DNA from: Rhodospirillaceae bacterium
GTDB lineage: Bacteria > Pseudomonadota > Alphaproteobacteria > Rhodospirillales > UBA2165
Direction of reading: 5' to 3'
NCBI GenBank assembly: GCA_038127535.1
Contig: JAYPHU010000004.1
Span: 14,232 to 78,231 of the forward strand
Length of the DNA: 64,000 nucleotides
The notes beneath the pieces are model-generated. The model searched no databases, was not told the DNA's origin, and saw nothing but the letters and a program-made list of their open reading frames with translations. Below are positions 60,338 through 64,000 of this stretch, piece after piece. The position numbers were made by a program, and so were the translations under genes. Each line of letters begins with the position of its first letter. The stretch's first letter is position 1.

Positions 60338-61195
60338 ATGAAAATTTGCCGCTACGACGATGACCGGTTGGGACTGGTGCAGGATGATCAGGTCCTGGAT
60401 GTCACTGATGCGCTGAAAGCCATTCCGCCGGTGACTTGGCCGGCGCCGTTGGGGGACGCCTTAATTGCCAACCTGCCCGCGGTCATAGCGGAGATTGAGC
60501 GGCTCGCGCCCAATACATCGTCCAAGCCCTTGGCCGACGTGGCGCTGAAAGCGCCGGTGGCCAATCCGTCCAAGATCATGGGCGCGCCGATCAATTATCA
60601 AAAGCACATCGACGAAAGCAAAGTGGATGACGGCATCGTCTCCAAACGGGATATCAGTCATATCTCCGATTGGGGCATGTTCCTCAAAGCCAACAGCTCC
60701 CTGGTCGGGGCGAGCGACGGTGTGGCGCTGCGTTTTACGGATGCGCGGAACGACCACGAGATGGAGTTGGCTGTGATCATCGGTAAGACCGGCACCAATA
60801 TCTCCGTCGAAAATGCGAACGACTATATCGCCGGCTATGCGATTGGCTTGGACATGACCACCCGCGGCCCGGAACTGCAGAGCTTCCGCAAGTCCGCCGA
60901 CACCTATTCGGTGCTGGGTCCGTGGCTGGTGACCACGGACGAGATTAAGGATCACAACGCGCTGGACCTGAAAATCTCGGTCAACGGCGAGGTTCGTCAG
61001 GATTCCAACACGGCTGATCTTGTCTACAACGTGGAAAAGCTGATCGAGTATACCTCCGAGCGCTATACACTTTATCCCGGCGACATCATCATGACCGGAA
61101 CGCCGGACGGCGTCGGCCCCGTGGTCGCCGGCGACTTGATGCACTGCGAGTTGGAAGGCGTTGGGGTGATGGATGTGACGGTGCGCAACGCCTAA
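60338..61195 (+). CDS. Fumarylacetoacetate hydrolase family protein
   Basis: PSKI.GAP.NY..H, FLKA.SS, DHEMEL, D.T.RG, RKS.DT...GPW, PGDII.TGTP.GV. Confidence 0.9.
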   Translation: MKICRYDDDRLGLVQDDQVLDVTDALKAIPPVTWPAPLGDALIANLPAVIAEIERLAPNTSSKPLADVALKAPVANPSKIMGAPINYQKHIDESKVDDGIVSKRDISHISDWGMFLKANSSLVGASDGVALRFTDARNDHEMELAVIIGKTGTNISVENANDYIAGYAIGLDMTTRGPELQSFRKSADTYSVLGPWLVTTDEIKDHNALDLKISVNGEVRQDSNTADLVYNVEKLIEYTSERYTLYPGDIIMTGTPDGVGPVVAGDLMHCELEGVGVMDVTVRNA

Positions 61196-61304
61196 TGCGG
61201 TCCCGATGGTGGGAAAATACGGCACGTCCTTCCAGTTTAACTTGACTTCATTTCAGTTTCGAGATCGGCTAATCGCCCTAAGCTTCAACGTGGGAGTAAA
61301 GCTC

Positions 61305-62048
61305 ATGAAATCAGTCTTAATCGGCGTACTCGTCGCCGGTCTCGCCTTCAGCGCACACGCGGGCCAATCGGTCACCTACAAAGTCGATGGCAAGGACTAT
61401 GAAGGCTATATGGCCAAAGCGTCCGGCACATCCAAAGGCCTGGTCCTCATCATCCACGATTGGGACGGTGTCGATAAATATGAAGAGACCCGCGCCGAGA
61501 TGCTGGCCAAGCTGGGCTACGACGCGTTTGCCGTTGATTTGTTCGGTAAAGGCAACCGGCCGCAGGAAGTGAAAGCCAAGCGGGCGCTGACCGGCAGCCT
61601 GTACAAAAACCGCGACCTGATGCGGAAACTGCTGGTTGGCGGTCTTGAGACCGCGCGTAAATCCAGCTCCGGTAAGACCGTGGTGATGGGTTATTGCTTC
61701 GGCGGCGCCGCCGCGCTTGAAATGGCGCGTTCGGTCAAAGCCTCGAACATCGCCGGCTACGCCACCTTCCACGGTGGACTGTCCACACCCAAGGGCCAAA
61801 GCTATCCCGATGGTACGCCGCCGATTTTGGTCGCCCATGGTGGCGCCGACACGGCGATCACCATAGATCACGTGGCCACGCTCTCCAAGGAACTGGAAGC
61901 CAAGAAGATCAAGTATCAGATCGAGGTCTATTCGGGCGCCCCGCACGCCTTCACCGTCATCGGCTCCGGCCGTTACCGAAAGGTCGCCGACGAGCAATCC
62001 TGGTCGGCATTTCAGGACTTCCTGAACACCAATCTGCCCGGCAGCTAA
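61305..62048 (+). CDS. Dienelactone hydrolase family protein with signal peptide
   Basis: HDWDG, GYCFGG, FHG.L, HG.AD, YSGAPHAF; start ATG 61305 with RBS GGAG. Confidence 0.88.
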   Translation: MKSVLIGVLVAGLAFSAHAGQSVTYKVDGKDYEGYMAKASGTSKGLVLIIHDWDGVDKYEETRAEMLAKLGYDAFAVDLFGKGNRPQEVKAKRALTGSLYKNRDLMRKLLVGGLETARKSSSGKTVVMGYCFGGAAALEMARSVKASNIAGYATFHGGLSTPKGQSYPDGTPPILVAHGGADTAITIDHVATLSKELEAKKIKYQIEVYSGAPHAFTVIGSGRYRKVADEQSWSAFQDFLNTNLPGS

Positions 62049-62073
62049 GCCGAGGGAAGATTTAAGAATGGTG

Positions 62074-62108
62074 GGCCGGGTGCGGCTGCGTCCCCGGCCT
62101 TTTCTTTT
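62074..62108 (+). terminator. Rho-independent terminator
   Basis: GGCCGGG-loop-CCCGGCC-TTTTCTTTT. Confidence 0.65.
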
Positions 62109-62197
62109 GTACGTTATGCATGAGCCGTTCGGTTTGACCAATCCGCCAACGTCTCCATAATCGTGGCATAAACAAGTAACAGGGAAGGAAAAGCGGC

Positions 62198-63178
62198 ATG
62201 TCCCCCGTCATCGACGTTCACACACATATGCTCAACGACAAATGGCTTGAGACCATCCTCAAGCATGGCGGTGACTATAGTCTGAAGGAGCTCGGCGGCC
62301 AGCGGGTCGTCCATTATGAAGGCGCGCCGTTCATGACCCTGATGGACGGCATGTTTGACTATGCCGAACGCATCCGCGCCATGGATGCCGCCGGGGTGGA
62401 TATCGCTATTGTGTCCCTCACCTGCCCGAGCGTCTATTGGGGCGGCGAAGAGATCAGCGTCGCCACCGCCCAGATGATGAACGACGACATGGCGGAACAG
62501 CAGGAAACATACCCGGACCGCATCCGATTTTTCGCCACCTTGCCCTGGCAGTATCCGGACGCGGCGATTGCTGAGCTGAACCGGGCCAAGGGCAAAGGAG
62601 CTGTCGGCGTGTTTGTTTCCGCCAGCGTCACCGGCATGTCTCTCACCAATCCGCTGTTCGCCCCGATCTGGCAGGCCATCGACGAGAACGATCTGCCGGT
62701 TCTGGTCCATCCCGGCGCGCCCCCCGGCGTGGGCGAGATGGATATGGGGAAATATAACCTGGCCTTCTCCGTCGGCTTTATGTTCGACACGACATTGGCC
62801 GTCGCGCGGATGATCTATGATGGTTTCTTCGACCGCTATCAAAACGTGGACATCATCGCGTGTCATGCCGGCGGCGCGCTGCCCTATCTGCAAGGCCGGT
62901 TCGACACCGCCTTCGACAATATGCCGCCGTGCCGGGACGTGATCACGGAGCACCCCAGCACCTATTATGAGCGACTGTATTTCGACTCCATCGCCTACAC
63001 CCAGGAAGCGCTGGAACTGTGCTTCCATGTCTCCGGCGAGGACCGGCTCCTCTACGGCTCCGACTATCCCCACAATGTGGGCGACATGCCCGGCTGTCTG
63101 GCGCGGGTGGACGCCCTGCCCCAAGGCGTGCGGGCCAAGGTGCGGGGCGGCAATGCTCAGCGCCTGTTCAAGCTATAA
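62198..63178 (+). CDS. Amidohydrolase_2 family protein (ACMSD-like decarboxylase/hydratase)
   Basis: IDVHTH, R...MD..GVD, VLVHP, HAGG.LP...GR, YGSDYPH. Confidence 0.87.
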   Translation: MSPVIDVHTHMLNDKWLETILKHGGDYSLKELGGQRVVHYEGAPFMTLMDGMFDYAERIRAMDAAGVDIAIVSLTCPSVYWGGEEISVATAQMMNDDMAEQQETYPDRIRFFATLPWQYPDAAIAELNRAKGKGAVGVFVSASVTGMSLTNPLFAPIWQAIDENDLPVLVHPGAPPGVGEMDMGKYNLAFSVGFMFDTTLAVARMIYDGFFDRYQNVDIIACHAGGALPYLQGRFDTAFDNMPPCRDVITEHPSTYYERLYFDSIAYTQEALELCFHVSGEDRLLYGSDYPHNVGDMPGCLARVDALPQGVRAKVRGGNAQRLFKL

Positions 63179-63189
63179 GGCCCGGACCG

Positions 63190-63849
63190 ATGGCTGATCC
63201 CGCCGTTGACCGTTTGCTAAAGATCGATAGTGGCGCCGTCTCTGACGCCATGGATTCGATCGGCCTGTGGGGCACGGTGAACGAGATCAAACCCGTCGCG
63301 CCCACCAAGCGCATAGCGGGACGCGTGCAGACGGTCAAACTGGGCCCGGTCACCGATCAGGTGCAGCCGTCGCACCTATGTTCCGAAGCCGTGGATGCTG
63401 CCCAACCGGGCGACGTCATCGTGGTGGAAAACCGGGTGCGCCCGGACGCCGGCGGCTGGGGCGGCATTCTGTCCGCGGCGGCCGCTACCAAGGGCCTGGC
63501 CGGCACCATCATCGACGGCGCGGCGCGGGACGCGGATGAGAGTCTGGAAATGGGCTATCCGGTGTTCGCCACCTCGTTCATCACCTCGACGGCGCGGGGA
63601 CGCATCTCCGAACACGCCTGGAACGTGCCGATCATAATGGGCCGGGTGCATGTCGAGCCGGGCGATCTGGTCATCGCCGACAATTCGGGCGTGGTCTTTA
63701 TCCCGCAATCCCGGGAAGACGAGGTGATCGCCAAAGCCGAAGCCATCGCCGCCAAGGAAGCCGCCATGGCCGAAGCGGTCAAAGCCGGCAAGCCGGTCTC
63801 CCAGGTGATGAGCGGCGACTACGAGAACATGCTGAAGTCGGACGACTAG
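63190..63849 (+). CDS. RraA-like HMG/CHA aldolase family protein (LigK-related)
   Basis: AVSDAMD, AG...TV, WGG.L...A...G..G..IDG..RD, V.PGD.V.AD..GVV. Confidence 0.82.
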   Translation: MADPAVDRLLKIDSGAVSDAMDSIGLWGTVNEIKPVAPTKRIAGRVQTVKLGPVTDQVQPSHLCSEAVDAAQPGDVIVVENRVRPDAGGWGGILSAAAATKGLAGTIIDGAARDADESLEMGYPVFATSFITSTARGRISEHAWNVPIIMGRVHVEPGDLVIADNSGVVFIPQSREDEVIAKAEAIAAKEAAMAEAVKAGKPVSQVMSGDYENMLKSDD

Positions 63850-63853
63850 CCGG

Positions 63854-64000
63854 TCACAGCCCGGTCTTCACGTCCTTCTCTTCGGATTTCATCTCCAGCC
63901 CGGCGCCAGCCGCTTCTTCCAGAAGCAGCGTGGCGAAATCCTCTTCCAGATGACCCCGGCCGATGATGGCCTGCACGCATTCGCGCGCAGCCGCCGTGAC
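63854..64000 (-). CDS. C-terminal end of a gene entering from the right, possibly 3-hydroxyisobutyrate dehydrogenase family
   Basis: Open frame VTAAARECVQAIIGRGHLEEDFATLLLEEAAGAGLEMKSEEKDVKTGL-stop; the family call is from memory of similar C-termini. Confidence 0.45.
   Translation of the reverse strand, partial: VTAAARECVQAIIGRGHLEEDFATLLLEEAAGAGLEMKSEEKDVKTGL

Overview
About 60% GC chromosomal segment, most likely from an alphaproteobacterium (inferred from gene families and REP/RIME-like palindromes). It is packed with catabolic enzymes. I saw no rRNA, tRNA, CRISPR array, transposase or DNA-binding transcription factor. Left to right: (1) a pyrogallol-transhydroxylase-like Mo-bisPGD large subunit with an extra ~130-aa N-terminal domain, open at the left edge and absent from the ORF track; (2) pcaC and a protocatechuate 4,5-cleavage operon ligI-ligA-ligB-ligC with a perfect 18-bp operator-like palindrome upstream; (3) a selenium module: putative selenate PhnCDE-like ABC transporter plus selenoneine genes senB and senA, with no senC/selD in the window; (4) an operon-like run of acyl-CoA ligase, orphan xanthine-dehydrogenase-family large subunit, UbiD with a C-terminal extension and an LLM monooxygenase; (5) many orphan catabolic genes interspersed with decayed signalling genes; (6) a small secreted Cys-rich ORF with an in-frame TGA at an apparent Cys position; (7) a HisD/HpsN-like plus SDR divergon; (8) a candidate new two-component aryl-CoA epoxidase locus (CoA ligase | 2Fe-2S reductase, SDR, stand-alone PaaA/BoxB-like diiron protein, FAH hydrolase). 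All family calls come from motif recognition and memory. No database searches were run.
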